Shown here piece after piece: positions 19,750 to 30,300 of a DNA stretch of 64,000 nt. The notes under the pieces are model-generated. The model was not told the DNA's origin. It made no database searches and worked only from the letters and a program-made list of their open reading frames with translations. Position numbers and translations under genes: made by a program. The stretch is from a candidate division WS1 bacterium (GTDB taxonomy: Bacteria; Armatimonadota; Zipacnadia; Zipacnadales; UBA5352). Numbering within the stretch: the first letter of the stretch is position 1; the number at the start of each line of letters is the position of its first letter. The DNA lies in the NCBI GenBank assembly GCA_003566775.1, contig PXBW01000215.1, positions 3,529 to 67,528 of the forward strand, given 5' to 3'.

Positions 19750-21111
19750 ATGCCGGCCCGGAGGTGGGTCACTCTGTCGGACCTCATCAGCGTCATCGAC
19801 GGCAGAAATGACTTTGAAGTCTGCGTCAGGGAACTCAAAGAGCGGCATCTTCGGCGTGAGCCCGCACACATCGAGCAGTCCGCGCGCGAGATAGTGGAGC
19901 GGGTCGCTGCCGAGGGCGACGAAGCGGTGGTTGATTACACGCGACAGTTTGACTGTCCGACCTTCGACGCGAGCCAACTCATCGTGGACCCCGACGAGAT
20001 TCAGGCGGCTTACGATGAGGCGCCCATGGAATGGGTGCGGGCGTACCGGCGTGCTCGGGAGAATGTACTGGACTACCACGAGCGGCAGATGCCGCGGTCG
20101 TGGTTAGAGGACTTTGACGGCATGATGCTCGGGGAGCGCGTCCGGGCGGTGGACGCGGTGGGGGTACATGTTCCCGGCTTCAGTGCACCCCTGTTCGCGA
20201 CCGTGGCGATGTCCGTGGAGCCGGCGAAGGCCGCGGGCGTTGAGCGCATCTGCATGGCGACACCGCCGCGCAAGGACGGCACGATCCATCCGCTGGTGCT
20301 GGTCGCGGCATCCGAGTCGGGCGTGAGCGAGATCTACAGGATGGCCGGGGCCCAGGCGATCGCTGCCCTCGCATTCGGCACTGAGACGGTTGAGCCGGTC
20401 TCGGTGGTGGTGGGACCCGGTAATCCTTACGTAATCGCGGCGAAGCGGCTCGTCTTCGGCCGGGTGGGGATCGACAACCTCGCCGGTCCCAGCGAGTCTA
20501 TGGTCATAGCGGACGCTCACGCCGATCCGGCATGGATGGCCGCGGATCTCCTCTGCCAGGCGGAGCACACAGGGGACAATACCGTCATGCTGGCGACTCC
20601 CTCAGAGGACCTTGCCCGAGCGGTGGTGCTTGCGATAGATACGCAGGTTGCGAAGCTGCAGCGTGCAGATCTGGTGAGACAGTCGCTTTCCGAGCATGGC
20701 ATGATCGCGCTCGTCTCCGACATGGAGGCGGCAGCCACGGTCGCGAATGAACTGGCGCCGGAGCACCTGCAGCTTGCAGTTGACGATCCGCTGGCGCTGC
20801 TGGAGTCGATCGACAGCGCCGGAGCGATCTTCCTTGGATCACTGGCAACGGTGCCGCTGGGCGATTACGCCGCGGGCCCGAGCCACGTGCTCCCCACCGG
20901 CGGTGCGGCCCGCTTCTCTTCGGGCCTGTCGGTGCACGATTTCCTTAAGCGCTCGTCACTGATTCACGCGGGCGAGCGCGGCTTTGGGCGCCTCGCGCGC
21001 GACGTGGAGATACTTGCCGAGGCCGAGGGCCTCGACGCACACGCCGCCGCCGTCAGCCTGCGGCGCAGGGCCGGTCACAGCCCCACAGATCGGAAGGAGA
21101 GCCGACCATGA
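19750..21111 (+). CDS. hisD: Histidinol dehydrogenase
   Basis: GPGNPYV, AGPSE, QAEH, APEHL and GDYAAGPSHVLPT. The exact start is uncertain. Confidence 0.95.
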   Translation: MPARRWVTLSDLISVIDGRNDFEVCVRELKERHLRREPAHIEQSAREIVERVAAEGDEAVVDYTRQFDCPTFDASQLIVDPDEIQAAYDEAPMEWVRAYRRARENVLDYHERQMPRSWLEDFDGMMLGERVRAVDAVGVHVPGFSAPLFATVAMSVEPAKAAGVERICMATPPRKDGTIHPLVLVAASESGVSEIYRMAGAQAIAALAFGTETVEPVSVVVGPGNPYVIAAKRLVFGRVGIDNLAGPSESMVIADAHADPAWMAADLLCQAEHTGDNTVMLATPSEDLARAVVLAIDTQVAKLQRADLVRQSLSEHGMIALVSDMEAAATVANELAPEHLQLAVDDPLALLESIDSAGAIFLGSLATVPLGDYAAGPSHVLPTGGAARFSSGLSVHDFLKRSSLIHAGERGFGRLARDVEILAEAEGLDAHAAAVSLRRRAGHSPTDRKESRP

Positions 21112-21698
21112 GCGAGCGCGTCGCCAGAATCGAGCGGAGTACAACTGAGACAGAGATATCTCTCGAGCTGGTGCTGGATGGCCGTGGGGAGGCGCGGATA
21201 GACACCGGCGTCGGGTTCTTCGATCACATGCTAACACACATCGCGCGTCATGGGCTCTTTGATCTCACTGTGAAGGGCGAGGGCGATGTGCATGTTGACT
21301 ACCATCACCTCGTGGAGGACGTCGGGATAGTTCTGGGCTCGGCAATCGCCACCGCGGTGGGAGACAAGTCGGGCCTGGTACGCTACGGGATGGCCGCGTG
21401 TCCGATGGATGAGGCGCTTATCATGGTGAGCCTCGACCTCAGCGGCCGCTCGTGGTGCAACTGTGAACTGCAGATGCCGACCGAGAAGATCGGCGAGTTC
21501 GACACAGAGCTTTTGAACGAGTTCTTCACGGCGGTTGCGAGCAACGCCGCGATGGCGCTGCATCTGCTGCAACTGTCCGGCGCGAATTCGCATCACATCG
21601 CTGAGGGCGCATTCAAGTCATTCGCGCGGGCTCTCGACGCCGCGACCAGAGTTGACGAGCGGGTGACCGGAGTGCCTTCGACGAAGGGTACACTGTGA
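21108..21698 (+). CDS. hisB: Imidazoleglycerol-phosphate dehydratase
   Basis: FFDHML, DYHHLVED, PMDE and NSHHIAE. Confidence 0.96.
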   Translation: MSERVARIERSTTETEISLELVLDGRGEARIDTGVGFFDHMLTHIARHGLFDLTVKGEGDVHVDYHHLVEDVGIVLGSAIATAVGDKSGLVRYGMAACPMDEALIMVSLDLSGRSWCNCELQMPTEKIGEFDTELLNEFFTAVASNAAMALHLLQLSGANSHHIAEGAFKSFARALDAATRVDERVTGVPSTKGTL

Positions 21699-21812
21699 CG
21701 ACCTGACGGCGAAGATCGATGGCGCAGCGCGGGAGCGGGGTCCCGCCTCGCAGAGAAGCACACCCATCACGATCACCCCCGCACACGCCGCTTCGGATAG
21801 AAGGAGCATGCG

Positions 21813-22424
21813 ATGATCGCCCTGATAGACTACGGTATGGGTAACCTCGGAAGCGTCAGCAACGCGCTGCGCTTCATAGGGTGCGAATTTGAGATCACCA
21901 GCGCCCCCGATGGACTGTCGTCTGCTGATGGCGCGATTCTTCCGGGTGTGGGCGCCTTTGGCGATTGCATGGAGAATCTGCGCGAGTACAGTCTCGTCGA
22001 GGCGATCCGCGATTATGTTGCCGCGGACAGGCCCTTCCTCGGCATCTGTCTGGGTCTGCAACTACTCTTTGGTGAGAGCGAGGAGATGGGCACACACGCG
22101 GGTCTCGACATCGTTCCGGGGCGGGTCGTCCGGTTCAGTCACGATCGCAAAATCCCGCAGATCGGCTGGAATCAGATCGAAAAGCGGCAGGACTGCCCGC
22201 AACTCGAAGGTGTCCCGGACGGATCCTACGTCTATTTCGTCCACTCCTACCATGTGGTACCCGAGGATGAGTCAGTGATAGCTACCACCACGGAATATAG
22301 TTACGAGTTCTGCTCGGCGATCCGGCGGGGGAACCTGTTCGCGACACAGTTTCACCCGGAGAAGAGTTCTGAGACCGGGCTGCAGATCCTGCGTAACTTC
22401 GTAAAGGTGGTAGAAGGCCAGTGA
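21813..22424 (+). CDS. hisH: Imidazole glycerol phosphate synthase, glutaminase subunit
   Basis: DYGMGN, PGVG, GICLGLQ, YFVHSY and QFHPEKS. Confidence 0.96.
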   Translation: MIALIDYGMGNLGSVSNALRFIGCEFEITSAPDGLSSADGAILPGVGAFGDCMENLREYSLVEAIRDYVAADRPFLGICLGLQLLFGESEEMGTHAGLDIVPGRVVRFSHDRKIPQIGWNQIEKRQDCPQLEGVPDGSYVYFVHSYHVVPEDESVIATTTEYSYEFCSAIRRGNLFATQFHPEKSSETGLQILRNFVKVVEGQ

Positions 22425-23146
22425 TAGTGATCCCGGCCATCGACCTGTCGCAGGGGGAGGTCGTCCGCCTCGAGCGTGGCGACATGGCGAAGCGCACGGT
22501 CTACTCCGACGATCCTGCCGCGATGGCGAGGCGATGGGAGAGCGAAGGCGCCGGTCGGATGCATGTGGTGGACCTCGACGGGGCGATAGAGGGGCGCCCG
22601 ATGAATCTCGACGCGCTCGGCGCGATCTGCCGCGCCATCGACATACCCGTGGACATGGGCGGCGGCCTGCGCACGCTGGAGGACATCGAGACGGTGCTCG
22701 AACTGGGAGTACGCTGGGTGCTGCTCGGAACCAGCGCACTCACCAGCCCGGAGGTGCTCGAAAGTGCGCTCGACCGCTTCGGTGACGCGATCTGTGTCAG
22801 CGTGGATGCCCGCGACGGGCGGGTGGCAATTGAGGGCTGGGTCGAGACAAGCGAGATCTCGGCACTGCAGTTCGCTCGCCGGGTAGAGGAGATGGGCGTG
22901 AAGGAGATCGTGCACACGGATATCTCGCGCGACGGTATGCTCACCGGACCGAACCTGCCTGCCCTGCGCGAGATAGCGGAGAATACAGGCCTGCGCATCA
23001 TCGCGGCGGGTGGCGTGAAGTCACTCGACGATGTGCGCGCGCTCAAAGAACTGGAGCCGCTCGGAGTTGTGGGAGCAATCTCGGGCCGTGCAATATACAC
23101 CGGCGACCTTCCACTGCCTGAGGCCGTTGCACTCGCCGAGAGTTGA
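22421..23146 (+). CDS. hisA: ProFAR isomerase
   Basis: [19 protein letters not shown] and [11 protein letters not shown]. Confidence 0.95.
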   Translation: MIVIPAIDLSQGEVVRLERGDMAKRTVYSDDPAAMARRWESEGAGRMHVVDLDGAIEGRPMNLDALGAICRAIDIPVDMGGGLRTLEDIETVLELGVRWVLLGTSALTSPEVLESALDRFGDAICVSVDARDGRVAIEGWVETSEISALQFARRVEEMGVKEIVHTDISRDGMLTGPNLPALREIAENTGLRIIAAGGVKSLDDVRALKELEPLGVVGAISGRAIYTGDLPLPEAVALAES

Positions 23147-23183
23147 GGCAACTTTCAAGCCGTACATGACGGGAGAAGGCGAC

Positions 23184-23978
23184 ATGCTTGCAAAGCGAAT
23201 CATTCCGTGCCTTGACGTGAAAGATGGACGCGTGGTGAAGGGCGTCAACTACGTGGATTTCCGTGATGCCGGTGATCCGGTGGAGCAGGCGGCATGGTAT
23301 AACGGCGAGGGAGCCGATGAGCTTACCCTCCTCGATATAACCGCATCGCTCGAACACCGGGACACGGTGCTCGACATCGTGCGGCGTACTGCGGAGGAGA
23401 TATTCATCCCCTTCACCGTCGGCGGCGGGATACGCACGATCGAGGACATCCGTGACACCACTCAGGCGGGCGCTGACAAGGTCTCTATCATGACCGCCGC
23501 AGTCGAGAAGCCCGACCTCATCACCGAGGGCGCGGAGCGTTTCGGCTCACAGTGCATTGTGGTGGCAATCGATGCAAAGCGCGTGGTGGGTGACGAGGAG
23601 AACCTCGGTCCGGCCCCCGACGAGCAGATCGAGTGGCGCGTACACACTCACGGAGGCACCCGCCAGACCGAGATCGATGCGCTGGAGTATGCGCGACGCG
23701 CTGAGGAGCTTGGCGCGGGAGAGCTTCTGGTCACGAGTATCGACGCGGACGGAACCAAGGCAGGCTACGATGTAGAGCTTCTGCGACGTATCAGCGAGCA
23801 CGCGGGGATCCCGGTAATCGCCTCGGGCGGCGCAGGTACCATAGAGCACCTTTACGAGGCACTGGATTACGGGAAGGCCGATGCGGTTCTGGCGGCGAGC
23901 ATCTTTCACTTCCGTGAGTTGACCATCCGACAGTGCAAGGAGGAACTCGCGGAGCGCGGAGTGCCGGTGCGCCTGTAG
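23184..23978 (+). CDS. hisF: Imidazole glycerol phosphate synthase, cyclase subunit
   Basis: [29 protein letters not shown] and ASGGAG. Confidence 0.96.
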   Translation: MLAKRIIPCLDVKDGRVVKGVNYVDFRDAGDPVEQAAWYNGEGADELTLLDITASLEHRDTVLDIVRRTAEEIFIPFTVGGGIRTIEDIRDTTQAGADKVSIMTAAVEKPDLITEGAERFGSQCIVVAIDAKRVVGDEENLGPAPDEQIEWRVHTHGGTRQTEIDALEYARRAEELGAGELLVTSIDADGTKAGYDVELLRRISEHAGIPVIASGGAGTIEHLYEALDYGKADAVLAASIFHFRELTIRQCKEELAERGVPVRL

Positions 23979-24003
23979 CAATCGGAACTGAGGAGGGGTT
24001 GGA

Positions 24004-24717
24004 GTGAGTGTGGAGAACGACTGTCCCGATGGAGTCGTGGAGACCCCCGATCTGCGCGATCGGGTCGGGGTATTCGCCGACCGGCGCGAGGCCGGAGAGA
24101 AGCTTGCGAGGTTGATTGAGAACTACGCCGGGGCCGACGCGCTTGTGCTGGGCATCCCTGCCGGAGGTGTTCCGGTTGCGGCTGCGCTCGCCGACGCGCT
24201 GGACCTCGAGTTGGATGTGGCGGTCGTGAGCAAGATCACGCTGCCATGGAATCCCGAGGCGGGCTACGGCGCGGTTGCGTTCGATGGAACCGTGCGTCTC
24301 AACGAGCCATTGATAGACAGACTATCCCTCGGCACCGAAGATGTCGAGAGCGGGATCGAGGCCACGCGCGAGAAGGTGCGCCGACGCGTGCGGGAATTGC
24401 GGGGGGACGGTCCCCTGCCCTCCGTAGAGGGGCGCACAGTGATACTGGTCGATGACGGCCTCGCCTCGGGCTTCACCATGATGACGGCGATCGACGCCGT
24501 TGGGGGCGGCAACCCCGCGTGGATGGCAGTCGCGGTACCGACGGCTCCGCTGACCAGCATCGAGAGCATCGTTGATGACGTCGATTGCGTGTACTGCTGC
24601 AATATCCGCACCGGCCTGCGCTTCGCGGTCGCAAGCGCATACAGGCACTGGTACGACGTCTCACTGCGCGAAGTGCAGCAGTTGCTGAGAGAGCACTGGA
24701 ACGGCGAGGAGGACTGA
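24004..24717 (+). CDS. Type I phosphoribosyltransferase family protein
   Basis: FADRREAG, GGVPVA and the PRPP loop VDDGLASGFT. Confidence 0.85.
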   Translation: MSVENDCPDGVVETPDLRDRVGVFADRREAGEKLARLIENYAGADALVLGIPAGGVPVAAALADALDLELDVAVVSKITLPWNPEAGYGAVAFDGTVRLNEPLIDRLSLGTEDVESGIEATREKVRRRVRELRGDGPLPSVEGRTVILVDDGLASGFTMMTAIDAVGGGNPAWMAVAVPTAPLTSIESIVDDVDCVYCCNIRTGLRFAVASAYRHWYDVSLREVQQLLREHWNGEED

Positions 24718-24718
24718 A

Positions 24719-25096
24719 GTGTTCACCGATGAACTCAAGTTCAATGGACAGGGCCTGATTCCCGCGGTGGTCTGCGACCACGGTAGCGGCGAGGTCCTGA
24801 TGGTCGCGTGGATGAACGAAGATGCGGTCAAGCAGACCGTGGAGACGCGGAAAGCGACTTACTGGAGTCGCTCGCGGCAGAAGTCGTGGGTGAAGGGCGA
24901 GACCTCAGGCAATGTGCAGAAGGTTCACTGGATCCGGACTGACTGTGATGCAGACGTACTGATGCTGGGCGTCGAGCAGACGAGCGGCGCCTGCCACGAA
25001 GGCTACCGATCGTGTTTCTACCGTGAACTGCGAGACGGGCAGTGGGAGATCATTCAGGAAAAGGTCTTCGACCCGGATGAGGTCTACGGCAGTTAA
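24719..25096 (+). CDS. hisI: Phosphoribosyl-AMP cyclohydrolase
   Basis: WSRSR, KGETSG, DCDAD and ACHEGYRSCF; no HisE domain. Confidence 0.95.
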   Translation: MFTDELKFNGQGLIPAVVCDHGSGEVLMVAWMNEDAVKQTVETRKATYWSRSRQKSWVKGETSGNVQKVHWIRTDCDADVLMLGVEQTSGACHEGYRSCFYRELRDGQWEIIQEKVFDPDEVYGS

Positions 25097-25132
25097 CCGC
25101 GGTTCACTACAGGCTGGCGCTCGGACGGTAAT

Positions 25133-25846
25133 TCAAGTCAGCGCACCGTAGAGGCGGAGTACCGAGCCGTTCACCGAACCCGCCTCGTCGCTGATGAGCC
25201 AGCCCAGCACCTCCGCGATCTGCTGCGGCTTGACCCAGCGGGAGAAGTCCGCATTCGGACGCGCCTCGCGCGTTACCGGCGTGTCTATAATCGACGGCAT
25301 CACCGCCGCACAGGCCACGCCCGTGTCCGCAATCTCTTCGGCCATGCACGCGGTAAGATTGAGCACTCCCGCCTTCGCCACGGCGTAGGCCGCACGGCCT
25401 CCCGGAAGGTCGGCGGCGGCCTTCGACGAGATGCTGACGATCCGGCCGCGATCCACCTGCAGCATGTAACGCAGCGCATGCTTCGAGCACAGGAACGTCG
25501 AGGTCAGGTTCAACTCGAACATCTCCCGCCAGGCGCTTAGCTCAGTCTCGGCAATTGTCGCGCCCCCGGTGAAGCCCCCGACGATGTTCAGCAGCGCATC
25601 AGGACCGCCGTTGTCGCCGTGAATCTGCGCCATCATCGCCTCGACCTCACCCTCATCAGTGACGTCACAAGCGATGGTCGTAATTCGCTCCTCTGCGGAC
25701 ATCTCCTCCGCGAATCTACCGAGCTTCTCAGTATTATGCTCGCAGACCACGACCTCGGCTTCCGTCTCGAGCAGATAACGCGTCACAGCCTTCCCGAGAT
25801 GACCGGCTCCACCGGTCACCAGCACTACCTTCCCCTGCAGATCCAT
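25133..25846 (-). CDS. SDR family oxidoreductase
   Basis: TGGAGHLG and YAVAK catalytic motif. Confidence 0.9.
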   Translation of the reverse strand: MDLQGKVVLVTGGAGHLGKAVTRYLLETEAEVVVCEHNTEKLGRFAEEMSAEERITTIACDVTDEGEVEAMMAQIHGDNGGPDALLNIVGGFTGGATIAETELSAWREMFELNLTSTFLCSKHALRYMLQVDRGRIVSISSKAAADLPGGRAAYAVAKAGVLNLTACMAEEIADTGVACAAVMPSIIDTPVTREARPNADFSRWVKPQQIAEVLGWLISDEAGSVNGSVLRLYGALT

Positions 25847-26469
25847 CAAATGTCCTCCTTGTATGCGATCAGGCGCAGCACGCTGTGACGATGCGCTTCA
25901 CCATGTGTGTGATCGACTGGGGTGAGCTTTTCACAGCTCTCGACTCTCAGGCTCGAGAAGACAGCGACGAGGCTATCGCGGGAGAAGTAAGTCCCACCCG
26001 GATCGGCGAACTCACTCTCAAGCGGGTCATCATCGGCAAATGCCGTTACGAACAGCCATCCGCCGGGTGCAAGCGCCTCAGCGATCCTCGCTCCGATCTT
26101 CGGAACCTCACTCTGGCTGAAGTGCCCGAGCACCGTATCGGCCACGATCAGATCGTAGGGCCCCACAAATGCGTCGGGTGCGGAGACGTCCGCTACCCTC
26201 GCGGTGATACTCAGGTGAGCGCGCCTTGCCAACTCTGTGATGTGCGCGATACCGGTCTCTGATAAGTCAATCGCCTCGACTGAGAAACCCCTCCGTGCCA
26301 GCAGCACCGAGTGGCGACCATCGCCGGCGCCGATGTCCAGCGCAATGCCGCTGAGGGCTCGTTCCGTGACCAGTGCGGCGAGCGCCGGGTCGGGGCGCAG
26401 GCCGAAGAGAGGCCCTTTCCGGTCGTAGGCGCGGTCATAAGATTCGCTGACGGCGTCTTTGTGACTCAT
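25846..26469 (-). CDS. Class I SAM-dependent methyltransferase (TehB-like)
   Basis: LDIGAGDGRH, AIDLS, YDLIV and LAPGG; C-terminal DHTHGEAHRH. Confidence 0.85.
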   Translation of the reverse strand: MSHKDAVSESYDRAYDRKGPLFGLRPDPALAALVTERALSGIALDIGAGDGRHSVLLARRGFSVEAIDLSETGIAHITELARRAHLSITARVADVSAPDAFVGPYDLIVADTVLGHFSQSEVPKIGARIAEALAPGGWLFVTAFADDDPLESEFADPGGTYFSRDSLVAVFSSLRVESCEKLTPVDHTHGEAHRHSVLRLIAYKEDI

Positions 26470-26489
26470 ATCAGGGAAGCCGCATGGGC

Positions 26490-27830
26490 TCAGAACTCGG
26501 TTGTCCCGGAGAAGTGGAAGTCGCGGATCAGCAGGGGGGGAGCCCACGCGTATGAAGCAAGACGACCCTCCCGGCCGATCATCTCAACCCGCGAGAGAGC
26601 TTCGAGGATTGCCTCGGTGAAACGCAGATTCCGCACACCACCGGCAACCTCTCCATTCTCGATGAGGAAAATGCCGTCGCGCGTCATGCCCGTGAGTACC
26701 GCGGCGCTGGGATCGACGAGATTCGTATAATGGAAACGTGTCACCAGCAGGCCACGGTCGGTTGCTCCGACCATCTCATCCATGGCGGCCCCGCCCGGAC
26801 GCAGGAACAGATTCATCGGCACAGGGCCGTGGCTGCTCGAAGGGGGAAGCGCGTGGCCGGTCGAACGAGCATCCTCCAGCTTCGCGGTGCGACTGTCATG
26901 CACCACCGCCCCCGTCACACCGTCGGCAATCAACTCAACTCGCGAGCACGGCACGCCCTCGAAGTCGAAGGCTCTACGCAGACCACGCGGGTCCAGCGGA
27001 TCATCGATCAGCGCGATATTGTCGCCACAGACCTGTTCCCCGAGCCGTCCGCTGATCGCGCTTCTCCCCTCATGGTAAGCAAGGCCTCCAAAGGCGCTTA
27101 TCCCGAGGAACCATATCATGTCCGCGACCGCGGCGGGTTCGAGTACGACGTCACACCTTCCGGGATCGAAGGGCTTCGGATTCGCTGAACGCTTGCATTT
27201 TCCCGCGGCGGTCTCAGCAAGCGCGCGCGGCTGGATCTCCGAAGCATCCTCCGCATACTTTGCTGCGTATCCGGACGAATCATCGCCTGAGAAGACCATG
27301 CGCAGGTTTGCGCGTGTGCTCTCCTGCCACGCGAGCACTCCCAGTGAGTTCGCCACAGCGTGAGCGCTGACGCCGGTCGAACAGGCGCCGGCTGCGCTCT
27401 GCCCGCGCTCTTTCGCCACCTTGATGCAGATACGCGCGGCCTGCGCCCGCCGGGCGGCATCGAACTCGGCAGTGGCGGTGAATCCGTTGAGCGGAGTGGG
27501 CTGTTCACCCGGTGCGGGCAGCCCCGGATAACGTTCATCGGGACTGGCGACCTCCGCCAACACCGTGGCCCGGCGCAGGGCGTCCTCTACTCCATCGGAG
27601 GAGATGTCGTTGGTGGTTGCGATCCCCACCTGATTCTCGAAAGCGGCACGGATTATGACATGGTAGTTGGTTTCGGCAACGTTCTGATGGATATGGTTAT
27701 CCGCAAAGCGCGTCAGGCCCTCGGCCGCGGCGAGCAGATTGACCTCGGTTTCGTCGGCTCGCGAGGCGGCAAGAGCACGCTCGCAGATCGCCATCGCTTC
27801 GTCTCTTCCCAGCAACATGGCCTCACTCAT
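26490..27830 (-). CDS. TldE/PmbA family protein
   Basis: LTRFADNHIHQN, FDFEG, STGH and TGMTRDG; no HExxxH; adjacent to tldD. Confidence 0.88.
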   Translation of the reverse strand: MSEAMLLGRDEAMAICERALAASRADETEVNLLAAAEGLTRFADNHIHQNVAETNYHVIIRAAFENQVGIATTNDISSDGVEDALRRATVLAEVASPDERYPGLPAPGEQPTPLNGFTATAEFDAARRAQAARICIKVAKERGQSAAGACSTGVSAHAVANSLGVLAWQESTRANLRMVFSGDDSSGYAAKYAEDASEIQPRALAETAAGKCKRSANPKPFDPGRCDVVLEPAAVADMIWFLGISAFGGLAYHEGRSAISGRLGEQVCGDNIALIDDPLDPRGLRRAFDFEGVPCSRVELIADGVTGAVVHDSRTAKLEDARSTGHALPPSSSHGPVPMNLFLRPGGAAMDEMVGATDRGLLVTRFHYTNLVDPSAAVLTGMTRDGIFLIENGEVAGGVRNLRFTEAILEALSRVEMIGREGRLASYAWAPPLLIRDFHFSGTTEF

Positions 27831-29271
27831 CTGCACCAACTCCCACCTCAACATCGCGGAATCGAGCCGCTGATATGCCATGCCCGACTCGCGCAATCTG
27901 CCCCGGTTCCCCCTTGCCGCAGTTCGCGACCCCCTGAATCCTCCAAGTCGCCTCGTCGGCGACCGCGTCGCAGGCGGCCCAGAACTGTGGCGTGATGCCC
28001 GTGTAGGTCGGCTTGCGCACCATGCCGACGATCTCGCCATCCTCGATCAGCCAGCCGAGTTCGCAGCCGAACTGGAAGTTGAGTCGTCGATCGTCGATAC
28101 TCCAACTGAGATTGTCCTCCATCATGATCCCGCGCTCGGTCCCGCCGATTATCTCCTCTACCGTCTCGGAGCCCGGTTCGAGGTTGATATTCGTCATGCG
28201 AATCAAGGGCAGGCGCGCCCAACCGTCCGCGCGCATGCAACCGTTACTCGACTCAAGACCGAGTTGGGCCGCGGTCTCCCGCGAGGTGAGGTAGCCGACG
28301 AAGATGCCATCCCTGACTATCCAGCTTCTCTGCGCCGGGACGCCTTCGTCATCGTACGCGAATGAGCCGAGGCCGCCCTCGAGCGTCGCATCCGCGGTTA
28401 TGTTCACCTTCTCGGAGCCATAGCGAAACTCACCGAGCCTCTCCGGGGTGAGGAAGCTGGTGCCCGCGTATGCCGCCTCAGTCCCGAAGACGCGATCGAG
28501 TTCGATGGGATGACCACAGGACTCGTGAATCTGGAGGGCAAGCTGCCCGCCCGCAAGAATCAGGTCCATGCGCCCGGAGGGACATTCGTCGGCGTCGAGA
28601 AGCTGACGGGCCTCGGCCGCGACCCCGGCCGCGTGTCCCGGAAGATCAAGCTCATCGAGCAACTCGAAGCCCCGTGCCATCACCTGCCCGCCGTGGGATG
28701 AGGGATATGAGCGCCGCTGCGCTCCCGCCTCGCCGATAGAGGTCGCCTGCAACCCCGCCCCGGTCTCCACGCGCTCCTGGTAGATCGACGCCCCCTCGGT
28801 CGAAGCGAAGTGCTTGTTGATGCGCCGGGCGCTGATGTATCCCTCGGCGATGTCCACACCCTCGTCACGCATCAGGCGGTCGCACTCCATGAGGATCTCA
28901 ACCCGCTCGCTTGCGGGCACTTCGTCGGGATCTATCTCAGCCTTAGCCACCACACTGTCGATGACCGGTTCCGCGTCGGCAAGTTGTACCGGTTCCTCGC
29001 GGGTCGGCGCCGCGGCACGTGCGAGATCTACCGCCCGGCGTGCGACCGCCCGAAGTCCCGCGTCCGAGAGATCGGCCGTCCCGGCGAAGCCCCATGAGCC
29101 GTCGGCAATGACGCGCACGCCGAGGCCACGGTCACGTTCATCCGACAGCACCTCAGTCGCGCCGTTCTTCGTGCCGATGCGTTCGTGCCGATGGTCGATG
29201 CATCGCGCGTCGGCGTAGGAGGCTCCGGCGCCCCCCGCGGCCTCGACCGCCTTCTCACACAGCCGCTCCAT
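27823..29271 (-). CDS. tldD: TldD family metalloprotease
   Basis: GSWGFA, HESCGH, YDDEG, RMTN and CGKG. Confidence 0.9.
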   Translation of the reverse strand: MERLCEKAVEAAGGAGASYADARCIDHRHERIGTKNGATEVLSDERDRGLGVRVIADGSWGFAGTADLSDAGLRAVARRAVDLARAAAPTREEPVQLADAEPVIDSVVAKAEIDPDEVPASERVEILMECDRLMRDEGVDIAEGYISARRINKHFASTEGASIYQERVETGAGLQATSIGEAGAQRRSYPSSHGGQVMARGFELLDELDLPGHAAGVAAEARQLLDADECPSGRMDLILAGGQLALQIHESCGHPIELDRVFGTEAAYAGTSFLTPERLGEFRYGSEKVNITADATLEGGLGSFAYDDEGVPAQRSWIVRDGIFVGYLTSRETAAQLGLESSNGCMRADGWARLPLIRMTNINLEPGSETVEEIIGGTERGIMMEDNLSWSIDDRRLNFQFGCELGWLIEDGEIVGMVRKPTYTGITPQFWAACDAVADEATWRIQGVANCGKGEPGQIARVGHGISAARFRDVEVGVGADE

Positions 29272-29337
29272 AGGATCATCTCCCTCAACACTCGATTCGA
29301 CGAGGGTGCGCGGTCTCCTGCGTGGGTGTTCGCAGGG

Positions 29338-30207
29338 TCAGACGATGCCGTCGGCAAATTCCCGGGCGGAGAAGGGTACAAGGTCTTCCATCTTCTCTCC
29401 GACGCCCGCTAACTTGATCGGGACTTCCATCTCGGCGGTGAGAGAGAGCAGGGCGCCTCCGCGGGCCGTGCTGTCAAGCTTCGCGATGGCGATCCCGGTC
29501 ACACCTACCGCTTCATTGAACTGCCGTGCCTGGTTTACTGCGTTCTGACCGGTATTTGCATCAATCACCAGCAGGCGCTCATCCGTGGGGCGTCCGGTCG
29601 CGCGCTCGACAACGCGAGCCATCTTCCGCAACTCTTCCATCAGGTTGACCTGTGTGTGCAGGCGACCCGCTGTGTCGGCGATCACGACATCGGTCCCGCG
29701 CGCCTTTGCGGCATCGAGCGCATCGAACATCACCGCGGCCGGATCGGCGCCTTTCTCCTGTGCCACGACCTGGCAGCCGACGCGTTCGCCCCATGTCTGA
29801 AGCTGCTCGATTGCCGCCGCCCGGAAGGTATCGCCTGCGGCCAGCAGCACGTCGTCCCCGCGCGACTTGAAGAGGTACGCGAGCTTCGCAATCGTGGTGG
29901 TCTTGCCGGCCCCGTTGACCCCGAGTACGAGGATGGTCGTGGGCGGCTCGTCGGCGACGTTCAACTCTCCCTCGAACGGCTCAAGACGCTCGTGGACCTG
30001 ATCGCGCAGCAGATCCATCATGCCCTCTTCATCTGTGACCCGGCTGCGCTCTGCCTCCGTCCGCATCTCCTCGACAATCTCCATCGCCACCGGCACACTC
30101 ACGTCGGCCTGCACCAGCGCCGCCTCAAGTTCCTCGGTGGTCTCCTCATCCAGTGTTGCACGGCCGCGCAGTACGTTGCCCACGCGGCGCATCAGCCCTC
30201 TGAGCAC
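29338..30207 (-). CDS. ftsY: Signal recognition particle receptor
   Basis: GVNGAGKTT, DTFRAAA, DTAGR and KLDSTARGG. Confidence 0.96.
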   Translation of the reverse strand: MLRGLMRRVGNVLRGRATLDEETTEELEAALVQADVSVPVAMEIVEEMRTEAERSRVTDEEGMMDLLRDQVHERLEPFEGELNVADEPPTTILVLGVNGAGKTTTIAKLAYLFKSRGDDVLLAAGDTFRAAAIEQLQTWGERVGCQVVAQEKGADPAAVMFDALDAAKARGTDVVIADTAGRLHTQVNLMEELRKMARVVERATGRPTDERLLVIDANTGQNAVNQARQFNEAVGVTGIAIAKLDSTARGGALLSLTAEMEVPIKLAGVGEKMEDLVPFSAREFADGIV

Positions 30208-30300
30208 TGTGCACCCGTCCCTTCAGTATGTTGGTATGTCGTCAGATTGCGCGGCCACCGCCACCTCGTGCGTCGAGGCACGTCTTACGTATCGGAATCG

